NCBI GenBank assembly: GCA_043744805.1
Contig: JAYTTZ010000247.1
Span: 1-53,562, forward strand
Length of the DNA: 53,562 nt
Direction: 5' to 3'
Origin: Gammaproteobacteria bacterium
GTDB taxonomy: Bacteria > Pseudomonadota > Gammaproteobacteria > Ga0077536
Part shown: positions 1-8,653 of the stretch, in pieces
How positions within the stretch are numbered: the first letter of the stretch is position 1
Layout of the letters: each line of letters starts with the position of its first letter
Notes under the pieces: model-generated
Databases searched by the model: none
What the model was told of the DNA's origin: nothing
Seen by the model: the letters and a program-made list of their open reading frames with translations, nothing else
Translations under genes and position numbers: made by a program

Positions 1-97
1 GCCCCATAGCCGGGCTATGGGCCTGCAAATCCGGCACCAACTGTCCTGGCTGGGGCCGATTCTCGCTATCGACGCCCCAAGTCCGACAGGCTGCTAG
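1..97. mobile_element. Right end of a MITE-like element (terminal repeat CTAGCAGCCTGTCGGACTTGGGG read on the minus strand), cut by the window edge
   Basis: 75..97 is the exact reverse complement of 22862..22884. Internal palindrome CCATAGCCGGGCTATGG at about 4..20. The terminal CTAG overlaps the plcP stop codon. Confidence 0.6.
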
Positions 98-906
98 CCT
101 TGTGCACGCCTCGCGACGGCTTGGTCTTCTTCCTTGGAAGGGGAGATTTCGCGCAGCGGTAGCGGAGTCGGCGCGCCATCGAAGCGCTTGAGTTCGAAGC
201 GGCCATCGTGATGCTCGACGATAGCCGAGCAGTTGTCGACCCAGTCGCCACAGTTCACGTACTGCACGCCCCTGATCTCCCGACAGGCGGCGGCATGGAT
301 GTGGCCGCAGATGATCCCATCGTAGCCACCGTCGGCCGCGTGCTGGGCGGCGACCTCCTCGAAGCCCTGGATGAAGCGCATGGCGCTCCCCAGGTGCTGC
401 TTCACGTAGGCGGCGAGCGACCAGTGCCGCTCGATGCCAAGCACGCTGCAGATGCCCGACAGCACACCCTGGATCCACATCATGAGCTCATAGCTGTGGT
501 CGCCCAGCACCGTCAGGACCCGCGAGAAGCGCGTGGCCTGGTCGAAGATGTCGCCGTGCAGGACCAGGTAGCGACGCCCATCGGCCGCCACGTGCACGGT
601 CTCGTGTTCGAGGCGGATGTTGCCGAAGGACAATCCCACGTGCTCGCGCAGTACTTCGTCGTGGTTGCCCGGCACGAAAATCACTTCCACGCCGTGGCGT
701 GCGCGCTTGAGGATTTTCTGGATGAAGGTGTTCTGGTCGCTGGACCAACTGACGCCGCGCTTCATCGACCAGAAATCGATGATGTCGCCCACCAGGTAGA
801 TTCTTTCGGCTTCGTGCTGCCGCAGGAACTCAAGCAGCCGCGGCGCCTGGCAAGCGCGGGTGCCGAGGTGGATGTCCGACAGGAATATCGAGCGCACCTC
901 GAACAT
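94..906 (-). CDS. plcP: LpxH-like metallophosphoesterase, probably phospholipase C PlcP
   Basis: Motifs SDIHLG, LVGDIID, PGNHD, LHGD, CGHIH, NCGDWV. ATG at 906 overlaps the btaB stop (TGATG). Sits directly downstream of btaAB. Confidence 0.8.
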   Translation of the reverse strand: MFEVRSIFLSDIHLGTRACQAPRLLEFLRQHEAERIYLVGDIIDFWSMKRGVSWSSDQNTFIQKILKRARHGVEVIFVPGNHDEVLREHVGLSFGNIRLEHETVHVAADGRRYLVLHGDIFDQATRFSRVLTVLGDHSYELMMWIQGVLSGICSVLGIERHWSLAAYVKQHLGSAMRFIQGFEEVAAQHAADGGYDGIICGHIHAAACREIRGVQYVNCGDWVDNCSAIVEHHDGRFELKRFDGAPTPLPLREISPSKEEDQAVARRAQG

Positions 907-1631
907 CAATCACCCCCAGGCTTGCGACCCACGAAGACGTAATACGGCACCTTGAGTCCGGGAAGCCACGGCACCGCACCGAGATGCTCGCCGAGATGGA
1001 CGTTCTCGAGCCTGGCGCGCAGGTACGGCAGATGATCAGGGGAAAGATTGACACCGTCGTGACCAAACCACAGCGGCCACAGGCTGCGCTGCCAGAGCGG
1101 ATGCCGTTTGAGTCCGGCGGCGGGGCTTGCACGCGAAACGTAGAAGTCCACCACGCCCAAGGTGCCCCCCGGGCGGAGCATCGCGATGGCGTTGTCGATG
1201 GCCAGGAACCACTCGGGAATCATGGTCAGCGCGTAGGAAAAATAGACCTTGTCGGCCGGGACCGCTGGCTGCCAGTCGGTGACGTCGGCTTCCAACACCT
1301 GCGCATTGGGCCAGCCAGCAGCGCGTTCGCGGGCCTTTTCCAGCAGGGAAGGGCAAAGGTCGACCAGGGTCAGGCTGTCGAGGGCCGGGATGCGGTCGGC
1401 GTAGTACTCGGCATTCCGGCCGGTGCCGGCGCCCAGTTCCACCACTTTTTCACCCGGCTTGATGTCGAGTTTCTCGATCAGGTTGGCGCGCCCATTAAGC
1501 AGGCGCTCGCGGAAGGCATCGTAACGACCAGCCTGCGGCGCGTAGAACCGTTCGAGCCGTTCCTGGTGGGTGGCGGCGGGCGGTAGTCCGCGGAGTAGAT
1601 GCCAGAGGATGCGGAGTTCAGTCTCCGGCAT
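906..1631 (-). CDS. btaB: SAM-dependent methyltransferase BtaB (DGTS betaine lipid synthesis)
   Basis: Motifs LERFYAPQAGRYDAFRERLL, VELGAGTG, FSYALTMIPEW, VVDFYVS. Follows btaA with a 3-nt gap. Confidence 0.85.
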   Translation of the reverse strand: MPETELRILWHLLRGLPPAATHQERLERFYAPQAGRYDAFRERLLNGRANLIEKLDIKPGEKVVELGAGTGRNAEYYADRIPALDSLTLVDLCPSLLEKARERAAGWPNAQVLEADVTDWQPAVPADKVYFSYALTMIPEWFLAIDNAIAMLRPGGTLGVVDFYVSRASPAAGLKRHPLWQRSLWPLWFGHDGVNLSPDHLPYLRARLENVHLGEHLGAVPWLPGLKVPYYVFVGRKPGGD

Positions 1632-1634
1632 GCG

Positions 1635-2828
1635 TCAGGCCGCGACGTCGGCGATGTGGAAGCCGGCGTAGGTGTGGACGCGATCCTGTTCGGTGAGTTT
1701 GCGCGCCCACTCGGGGTGGAAACGCAGCAGGTCGCGCACGGCCGGCCCGTTGTTGGGCAGGTGGATGTTATCGAGGTAGCGCGGTTCTGCATGCGCGCTG
1801 CGGAAGATGATCCTGGCCTCGGGCGTGGCGCGGCTGAGGATAGCTGCCCATTCCTCCGCCAGCGCTTCCGGCAGGTAGGAACTCATCCAGTCCATGTGGT
1901 CGAGCAGCACGAAGCGCGAGATCGGCGCAGCGTTGTTGTGCAGGAACTGTGTGACGGTGCAGGTGTGCGCTTCGACGCGGTCGGCAAGCCCGGCCTTGAG
2001 ACGCTCGAATTCCAGCGGTTTGAGGTACTCCGGGCAGCACTGCGGGCTATAGCTACCCCGCAAATAAACCGCGTAGAAGTAGTTGTCGCTGAACGGCAGG
2101 TGGTGGGCGAGGTAGGTCAGCGACTCACGCACGAAACCCGCGACGCCGGATTCATGCTGGGCAACGACTTCGCGACGCTGCGGGTGGGGCACGCCCAGCA
2201 TGGACAGCGTGAGTTGGCGGGACAAGGCCCAATTCAGGCTGCGGGTCCAGAGCAGCGGGGCGACTTTCGATTCGTAGAGTTCGCGCTGGGCTTCCAGTGA
2301 CGGCGCATCGAACATCGCGTCGATGTGCTCGGCAAGCTTGGGGCGCACGCGCAGGTAGCCGCGGAAGATGCGGGCGACCGTGCCGGACAAGCCGTGGAAA
2401 TAGAAGCCTCCCCGCTTGCCGGAGAACCAGTTGGTGCGTCGATCCCAGAACAGGCGGGCAGTCGGCGAGAGTTCGGCGCGGAGGACGTCGCCGTAGAGCG
2501 ACTTGAAATCGCGGAACTGCCCCAGGCCGAAGAGCTTGAAGAAATCAGCGTGGTCGAGCCGCCGGATCCCCGTGAGCTTCAACTCGAGCAGGGCGTTCTG
2601 GCGCGGGTTGGCGTCGACGGCGTGGATCTTCCGCGGCCCCGTGAGCGCGTAATCCAGCACGTTGCAGCCGGCACTGGTGATGACCATGACGGTATCGTCC
2701 TCGCCCAGCGCCAGCGCCAGGCGATCGACGGCGGGATCTTCCCAGCAGGTGTTGTACACAAGGGCGCGTGAATAGATCGCATCGAACAGAGTCTGGTCGA
2801 TTCGATCCCGGACTGTGAGCGGGGTCAC
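1635..2828 (-). CDS. btaA: BtaA, SAM:diacylglycerol 3-amino-3-carboxypropyl transferase (DUF3419)
   Basis: Motifs LVYNTCWEDP, ITSAGCNVLDY, VDANPRQNALLELK, LLDHMDW, DRVHTY. GTG start at 2828 chosen because GAGG lies upstream. Confidence 0.88.
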   Translation of the reverse strand: MTPLTVRDRIDQTLFDAIYSRALVYNTCWEDPAVDRLALALGEDDTVMVITSAGCNVLDYALTGPRKIHAVDANPRQNALLELKLTGIRRLDHADFFKLFGLGQFRDFKSLYGDVLRAELSPTARLFWDRRTNWFSGKRGGFYFHGLSGTVARIFRGYLRVRPKLAEHIDAMFDAPSLEAQRELYESKVAPLLWTRSLNWALSRQLTLSMLGVPHPQRREVVAQHESGVAGFVRESLTYLAHHLPFSDNYFYAVYLRGSYSPQCCPEYLKPLEFERLKAGLADRVEAHTCTVTQFLHNNAAPISRFVLLDHMDWMSSYLPEALAEEWAAILSRATPEARIIFRSAHAEPRYLDNIHLPNNGPAVRDLLRFHPEWARKLTEQDRVHTYAGFHIADVAA

Positions 2829-2961
2829 CAGCGTGGAATCCTCGAGGGTGCCTCGTCGCGGCCATTTCGGTGGCTCAGCTAGGGGCGGGTTATGACAGGA
2901 GCGCGAAGAGTATAAGTCGCTCAGGTTATGGCGCGGCAACCGGCATCGACCGGGCTTGTGC

Positions 2962-2979
2962 TTGTCACGGGCATGAAAT
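2962..2979. promoter_or_regulatory. Candidate Pho box in the divergent btaA/HAD intergenic region
   Basis: TTGTCAC-GGGC-ATGAAAT has 7-4-7 spacing and is also readable on the minus strand. A perfect CTGTCAT half-site lies at 2892..2898 (-). Confidence 0.4.
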
Positions 2980-3025
2980 AGCGTTCGGCGAGCATCCAAC
3001 CTCCAGTTCCAACCCGGGTTCCCCT

Positions 3026-3805
3026 ATGAAAAAGCGTCTGCTCGTGGTGCTGGATTTCGACGGCTTCCTCGTCAACTCCTACGCCATCATCCGCGACACC
3101 ATGGCGGCGTTCGGCCTGGACATCGGGGACGAGCTGCGCTTCAAGAACCGCCGGAAATTCCTCAAGTACTTCGGGGGTGGCAAGGAACTGCTGACCAACC
3201 TCGTCGGTTTTTCCCTGCCCAAGACCCGCAAGCTGCGCGACCGCCTCACCGAATGCTATGCCGATAGCGCGATGGTCCATCCGGAGTACGTTGACCTGCT
3301 GAACGCGATGATTGCCAACCCCCAGGTGCACTGTGGCGTGCTGAGCCGCAACTACGCGCTTGATCCGGGCAAGGTCATCCGCGCCGTGCTCCAGCGTGGC
3401 GGGGTCGCGGAAGCGGAACTCGATTTCGTCATTCCGCTGCCGGTGGGCGTGAAGAAGGGTGACGTGCTGAATGCGATGCGCAGTCCGCGCTACGCCGGGA
3501 TGCTCCTTGCGGCCGACGAAATCGGCGACTACACGGCTGGCTCCGCGGCCGGCTACGACTGCCTGATGGCGAGCTACGGCTTTGATACCCGCGAGCGATT
3601 GATCACCAAGGGCAAGGTGCCGGAAGCCTGTATTTTCGATGAGCCTGTCTCCCTCGCGGCGGCGTTGCAGGCGCGCTATGCGCCTTATGAATTGCGCAGC
3701 GCCGGCGCGCCGCTGGGGCTCGCCGAAGCGTCTTCGCTGGTGCGGGTTTCCCCGAAGGCCGCGAGGTACCCCGCAAAATCCGCCGTGCAGCTGCGCCAGG
3801 AATAA
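3026..3805 (+). CDS. HAD-superfamily hydrolase/phosphatase
   Basis: Motif I VLDFDGFLVNS, motif II VLSRN, motif IV-like ADEIGD, and ASYGFD. Confidence 0.75.
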   Translation: MKKRLLVVLDFDGFLVNSYAIIRDTMAAFGLDIGDELRFKNRRKFLKYFGGGKELLTNLVGFSLPKTRKLRDRLTECYADSAMVHPEYVDLLNAMIANPQVHCGVLSRNYALDPGKVIRAVLQRGGVAEAELDFVIPLPVGVKKGDVLNAMRSPRYAGMLLAADEIGDYTAGSAAGYDCLMASYGFDTRERLITKGKVPEACIFDEPVSLAAALQARYAPYELRSAGAPLGLAEASSLVRVSPKAARYPAKSAVQLRQE

Positions 3806-4746
3806 CGCCCCGCAAGCGCGATGCAGGCCTCGCGCGATAGCGAAAGGGCCGCAACCACCGCTGCGCCGAGATTTTCGGACAGCACGCCGGTTTCACCCTG
3901 CGTCACGATGTCGATCGGACCCTGCACCGGATAGGCCGCGACCGGCAGGCCGCAGGCCATGGCTTCGAGCAGCACCAGCCCAAACGTATCCGTGCGGCTG
4001 GGAAACACGAACACGTCAGCGCCCGCGAGGTGGCGCGCCAGTTCGCGTCCGAATTTCGGCCCAAGGAAATGGCAACCGGGGTAGCGCGTGCGCAGGCGCT
4101 CCAGATCCGGCCCGTCGCCAATCACCACTTTGCTCCCCCTGAACGGCAGGTCGAGGAAAGCCTCGATGTTCTTCTCCACCGCGACCCGGCCCATGTAGAC
4201 CGCGATCGGGCCTGGCAAGTCGTAGCGCACCGGATCCGAGGCATTGAAGATCTCCACGTCAACGCCGCGCGACCACAAGCGCAGGTTCCTGAAGCCCCAG
4301 GCCAGGAGCTTGTCCCGCTGCGTGGGCGTGGGCACCATCGTGCGTTCGGCCTTGGCGTGGAAACGCCGCAGCAGGGCATAGGTCCAGGCCACCGGAATCG
4401 GCACGCGCATGCGGATGTATTCGGGGAACTGCGTGTGGAAGGCGGTCGTGAACGGCAACTTTCGCCGCACGCAGTAGCGGCGCGCGGCCAGGCCCAGGGG
4501 ACCTTCGGTTGCGATGTGGATGGCATCTGGTTTGAACGCCTCGACGAGGCGTGCGACGCCGCGTCCCGGGAACAGCGCGAGCCGGATACTCGGATAAGTG
4601 GGGCAGGGAATGGTCCGGAAATCGAGCGGCGTAATGGCCCTGACCACGTGCCCCGCCAGGGACAGGTGCTGCACCGTGGTGTTCAAGGTCCGCACGACCC
4701 CATTGACCTGCGGCTCCCAGGCGTCGGTGACTAGTGCGATGCGCAT
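3685..4746 (-). CDS. GT4 glycosyltransferase, Agt-like (glycosyl/glucuronosyl-DAG synthase)
   Basis: Motifs MRIALVTDAWEPQVNGVV, HIATEGPLG, GRVAVEKN, FPSRTDTFGLVLLEAMACG. Confidence 0.85.
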   Translation of the reverse strand: MRIALVTDAWEPQVNGVVRTLNTTVQHLSLAGHVVRAITPLDFRTIPCPTYPSIRLALFPGRGVARLVEAFKPDAIHIATEGPLGLAARRYCVRRKLPFTTAFHTQFPEYIRMRVPIPVAWTYALLRRFHAKAERTMVPTPTQRDKLLAWGFRNLRLWSRGVDVEIFNASDPVRYDLPGPIAVYMGRVAVEKNIEAFLDLPFRGSKVVIGDGPDLERLRTRYPGCHFLGPKFGRELARHLAGADVFVFPSRTDTFGLVLLEAMACGLPVAAYPVQGPIDIVTQGETGVLSENLGAAVVAALSLSREACIALAGRYSWRSCTADFAGYLAAFGETRTSEDASASPSGAPALRNS

Positions 4747-4814
4747 GGTGGAACGCTTCCTGGCCGGGAACGAAGTGACTCCGGTGGACCCTAGTCTTTG
4801 CGTGTTGATTTCCC

Positions 4815-4843
4815 ATGACGTGTTGAGGTCGATTTGATGACGA
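4815..4843 (-). promoter_or_regulatory. Candidate Pho box upstream of the GT4 gene
   Basis: Minus strand reads TCGTCAT-CAAA-TCGACCT-CAAC-ACGTCAT. The half-sites are in 11-bp register and the two GTCAT cores are 22 bp apart. Confidence 0.5.
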
Positions 4844-4900
4844 AGCACGACTTACTCATTCAAGCCCTGCGGGCGTCCACAACCAAACGGGGAGACGAAC

Positions 4901-5629
4901 ATGTCGAAACAGAGAACCGCCGTGGTCATCGGCGTCGGCGCCATCAAGGGACTGGGCGCCAGCATCGCTCGCCGCGTGGCGCGCGAAGGGCTGCACGTCC
5001 TGTTGGCAGGGCGAACCGCTGCGCGACTCGAGGCCGTGGCCGCGCAGATCGCCACTGACGGCGGCAGCGCCAGCGTGCAGGTCACCGACGCCACCGATGA
5101 GGGCGCCGTCGCGCGGCTGTTCGCCGCAGTGCAGGCCCGCGGCAGGCTGGAACTTGCAGTATTCAATCCCGGCAACAACACACCAGGCCGGATCGCCGAG
5201 ATGGACGCGGCGTACTTCGAGGCCTCCTGGCGCACGGGCTGTTATGCGGGCTTCCTGTTCGGGCGCGAAGCGGCGCGCACCATGCTGCCGGATGGCGGCA
5301 CGGTGGTTTTCACCGGCGCCAGCGCCTCACTGCGCGGTCGGCCGGGTTTCGGGGCCTTCAATGCGGCCAAGGGGGGCTTGCGCCTGCTGGCCCAGGCCCT
5401 GGCGAAGGAATGCGGGCCGGAGGGTCTCCACGTCGCGCATGTCGTGATCGACGGCGGGATCGACGGCGATGCGCTCCGCCAGCGCATGCCGGATATCGCG
5501 GAAAAGATGGGTGAAGCACGCCTCATCGATCTTGAGGGCCTGGCCGACGCCTACTGGTTCCTCCACCAGCAACCCCCGCGCGCCTGGACCTTCGAACTCG
5601 ATCTGCGTTCAAAGGCAGAACCGTGGTGA
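4901..5629 (+). CDS. Short-chain dehydrogenase/reductase
   Basis: Motifs VIGVGAIKGLG, FTGASASLRG, FNAAKGGLR, HVVIDGGIDG. RBS GGAG upstream. Confidence 0.9.
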   Translation: MSKQRTAVVIGVGAIKGLGASIARRVAREGLHVLLAGRTAARLEAVAAQIATDGGSASVQVTDATDEGAVARLFAAVQARGRLELAVFNPGNNTPGRIAEMDAAYFEASWRTGCYAGFLFGREAARTMLPDGGTVVFTGASASLRGRPGFGAFNAAKGGLRLLAQALAKECGPEGLHVAHVVIDGGIDGDALRQRMPDIAEKMGEARLIDLEGLADAYWFLHQQPPRAWTFELDLRSKAEPW

Positions 5630-5716
5630 GTACAGGCGCCCCGGGGCTCAGGCTTTACTCCTGCCTGCCGAAGCCGCGGCACCCCGATGACCCGGCGACC
5701 CGCCGGCGCTCGCCGG

Positions 5717-6514
5717 TTAACGCTTGGTCGCCCGCGTCATCAGGAAATGCTGGCGCAGCACGTTGTTGTCCGTGAATTGCGCGATCAAGGCTTCCAGTTC
5801 AGCGCGGAACTGCGCGAGCTTGGCCGGCTCGCCGGCCAAGCGCTGCACCAGCTTCGCGAGTGGCGCTGCCGTGGCCTCGATCAGTGCGCGGTAATGCTGG
5901 GGGCTCAGGCACGGGGTCTCCATCACTCCCCGCTCGAACTGCAGGTTCGATACCGCGTCGCCCAATCGCGTGGTCACAACATTGGGGTCGCCCCACAGCA
6001 CCGTCGGCGGGATGTCGATGGGTGGTGGCGCATAGCGCGAGACCAGCGCGAACATCAATCCCGTGAAGAGTTCCGGCGGCCAGGTGCTGAAGGCAATGCG
6101 TCCGCCGGGCTTTAGCACCCGGAGCATCTCGCCAAGGGCGACTTCCGGCCGCGGTCCGAACATGTGCCCGTACTGGCTGAGGACACTGTCGAAACTCGCG
6201 TCAGCGTAGGGCAGTGCTTCGACATCGCCTTCGGTGAATTCCACGGCAACGTCCGCGAGGGCGGCGTTGTGTCGAGCGCGTTCAAGCAGGATTGGAGAAA
6301 GGTCCAGCGCCTTGACGCGGGCACCCCGCCGGGCGGCAGTCACGGCCACCACGCCGGTGCCACAGGCGACGTCCAGTACGGCGATGCCGTCAACGATGCC
6401 GGCAAATGCCACGAGGACGGCGGCCGGCGGCGTGGTGAGGGCTTCCAGCGGGGCGAACAGGCCCCAGCCCTCGCGCTGTGCCGCCTTGAAGTTGTCGAGT
6501 GCGTCCTGGCTCAT
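5717..6514 (-). CDS. Class I SAM-dependent methyltransferase
   Basis: Motifs VLDVACGTG, GDVEALPYADASFD, RVLKPGGRIAFSTW. RBS AGGAG upstream of ATG 6514. Confidence 0.9.
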   Translation of the reverse strand: MSQDALDNFKAAQREGWGLFAPLEALTTPPAAVLVAFAGIVDGIAVLDVACGTGVVAVTAARRGARVKALDLSPILLERARHNAALADVAVEFTEGDVEALPYADASFDSVLSQYGHMFGPRPEVALGEMLRVLKPGGRIAFSTWPPELFTGLMFALVSRYAPPPIDIPPTVLWGDPNVVTTRLGDAVSNLQFERGVMETPCLSPQHYRALIEATAAPLAKLVQRLAGEPAKLAQFRAELEALIAQFTDNNVLRQHFLMTRATKR

Positions 6515-6628
6515 CTGCAATCTCCTGGAATGGCTGTCCCCGGATCACGGGCTGCGCCGACTCTAGCGCCGCGTTCCCACGAGGGCCATCGGGAATCCCC
6601 GCTCTCTGCTGCCGGGGCAGAGGCTGCT

Positions 6629-6657
6629 TTGACAATCACTGCTTAGGCAGGAACAAT
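6629..6657 (+). promoter_or_regulatory. Sigma70-type promoter of the marR-efflux operon with a palindromic operator in the spacer
   Basis: TTGACA (6629-6634), a 17-nt spacer, then AACAAT (6652-6657). Near-palindrome CTGCTTAGGCAG at 6639..6650. Confidence 0.6.
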
Positions 6658-6662
6658 CCGGC

Positions 6663-7211
6663 ATGGTCACGCCAGCACCGAAAGCCCTCGCCAGGAACCG
6701 CGCGCCGCAGAAGACTACAGCTGCCAAGCCCACGCCGCGCCCGGTGGCCTACTACACCGGCGAGACCTACTCGGTGGATGAATCCTACGGCTACCTGGTA
6801 CGACGCCTGCAGGCGTCGGTGCTCCGCCACATCGAACGCCGCGTGCAGATGCTCGATCTCACCGCCCAGCAGTGGGCGCCGCTGCTCCTCCTGGCCCAAG
6901 GCAAGGGCGATACCGCCGCCGCCCTGGCCCGCGCCCTCGACACGGACACCGGCTCGGTCACGCGGATGCTCGATCGCCTGGAACGCAAGGGCCTGCTGAA
7001 ACGTCGGCGCAGCACCAACGACCGCCGCGTCGTCCACCTCGAACTGACCAGCAACGGCCGCCATGCCATCGGGCTCGTGCCCTTTGTCATCGCCGAAGTG
7101 CTCAACCTCCACCTCGCCGGCTTTACCGACAGTGAAGTACGCCAGATGAAGCGCTTCCTCACTCGGATGATTGAAAACGGCAACCAGGAAGCCCAACCCG
7201 CAGCGCCGTGA
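6663..7211 (+). CDS. MarR-family repressor (EmrR-like)
   Basis: Winged-HTH signature DTGSVTRMLDRLERKGLLKRRRSTNDRRVV. First gene of the efflux operon. Confidence 0.92.
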   Translation: MVTPAPKALARNRAPQKTTAAKPTPRPVAYYTGETYSVDESYGYLVRRLQASVLRHIERRVQMLDLTAQQWAPLLLLAQGKGDTAAALARALDTDTGSVTRMLDRLERKGLLKRRRSTNDRRVVHLELTSNGRHAIGLVPFVIAEVLNLHLAGFTDSEVRQMKRFLTRMIENGNQEAQPAAP

Positions 7212-8650
7212 ACCAGCCGAACCTTCAGCGTCCTACTCTTTTAATTGCACTGGGACTGGCGTTTGCCCTGCTGTCGGGCTGCGTCCGCTTCACGGGCATC
7301 GACCGCCAGGGCAAGACGCTTCCCGACCAGCATATTGCGGAAGACGCGAGCTTCACCCAATGGCCGGCGACACGGTGGTGGCAGGCGTATGCGTCACCGG
7401 AACTCGACCGCCTCATCGAACAGGGCCTGGCCGACAATCCCAGTGTCGAAAGCGCGCTGGCGCGGCTCCGTGGCGCCTTGGCCGGCAGCGCCTACGCCGC
7501 CGCCCGCCGCCAGCCGCAGCTTGATCTTGGTATCAAGTCCACCGTGCAGCGCTTTACGGAAAACGGCTTGTTCCCGCCCGAGGTCGCCGGCGATCACCGC
7601 GCCGACAACCGGTTTGCGCTGGATCTCAAGTACGAACTGGATCTCTTCGGCAAGAACCGGGCAATCCGGGATTCGGTGCAGGCCCAGGCCGCCGCCGTCG
7701 GCATCGATGTCGACACCGCGCGACTTGGCGTGGCGTCGGCGATTGCCCATGCCTGGTTCGGGCTGGCGCAGGCGACGGCAGAACGCGCGGTGGTCGCGGC
7801 CACCCTGGCGCAGCGTCGGAAAATCCTTGCGCTGGTGCTGGCGCGGGTAAGCGAAGGCCTCGACTCCAAGGTCGAACAGCGCCAGGCCGAAGGCGCCATC
7901 CCGCAGGCGGCGGAAGAACTCGCCGCAGTGGACGAGCGCATCAACTTGTTGCGCGATGCGCTGGCGCAACTTGCCGTGGTGCCCGCGCCGGAGACCGCGA
8001 AGCTGGCGCCGCTGCTCAACCCGCTGGCGCTGCCGGCATTGCCCGCCGGCGTGCCGTCGGACCTGTTGGCGCGCCGACCCGACGTCGCCGCTGCGCGCCT
8101 GCGCGTGGAATCACTGCTCAAGGGCGTGGAGTCCGTCAAGGCGGAGTTCTATCCCAGCGTGGACATCGTCGCGTTCGCCGGCTTCAGCGCCATCGGACTC
8201 GACAACCTCCTGCAGGGTGGCTCCCAGATCTATGGCTTCGGCCCCACGCTGCACCTGCCGATCTTCGATGCCGGCCGGTTGCGGGCGAAGCTCAAGTTCG
8301 TCAACGCCCAGCTGGACATGAGCATCGCCGACTACAACGCCGTGCTCCTCGGTGCGCTGCACGAGGTGGTGCGATCGGTCGTATCGCTGCGCGCGTTGGG
8401 CGATCGCGCCACGGCGCAGCGCGACGCCCTGGCTGCGGCGGAAAGCGCCTACGAAGTCGCCCTGCAGCGCTTCAAGGCAGGGCTCACGGGCTATCTCACC
8501 GTGCTTGCCACGGAGTCCGAAGTCCTGCGGGAGCGCCGCGCCGTCGTGCTCCTCACGGCGCGGGCCTATGCACTCGACATCGACTTGAAACGCGCCCTCG
8601 GCGGTGGCTTCGAAACCCCGCGCGCAAGCCCGCCACGCGAACAGGAATAG
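7208..8650 (+). CDS. NodT/OprM-family outer-membrane efflux lipoprotein
   Basis: Lipobox LSGC; motifs YELDLFG, PSDLLARRPDV, LPIFDAGRL, ALGGGF. GTGA overlap with marR. Confidence 0.92.
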   Translation: MNQPNLQRPTLLIALGLAFALLSGCVRFTGIDRQGKTLPDQHIAEDASFTQWPATRWWQAYASPELDRLIEQGLADNPSVESALARLRGALAGSAYAAARRQPQLDLGIKSTVQRFTENGLFPPEVAGDHRADNRFALDLKYELDLFGKNRAIRDSVQAQAAAVGIDVDTARLGVASAIAHAWFGLAQATAERAVVAATLAQRRKILALVLARVSEGLDSKVEQRQAEGAIPQAAEELAAVDERINLLRDALAQLAVVPAPETAKLAPLLNPLALPALPAGVPSDLLARRPDVAAARLRVESLLKGVESVKAEFYPSVDIVAFAGFSAIGLDNLLQGGSQIYGFGPTLHLPIFDAGRLRAKLKFVNAQLDMSIADYNAVLLGALHEVVRSVVSLRALGDRATAQRDALAAAESAYEVALQRFKAGLTGYLTVLATESEVLRERRAVVLLTARAYALDIDLKRALGGGFETPRASPPREQE

Positions 8651-8653
8651 ACC

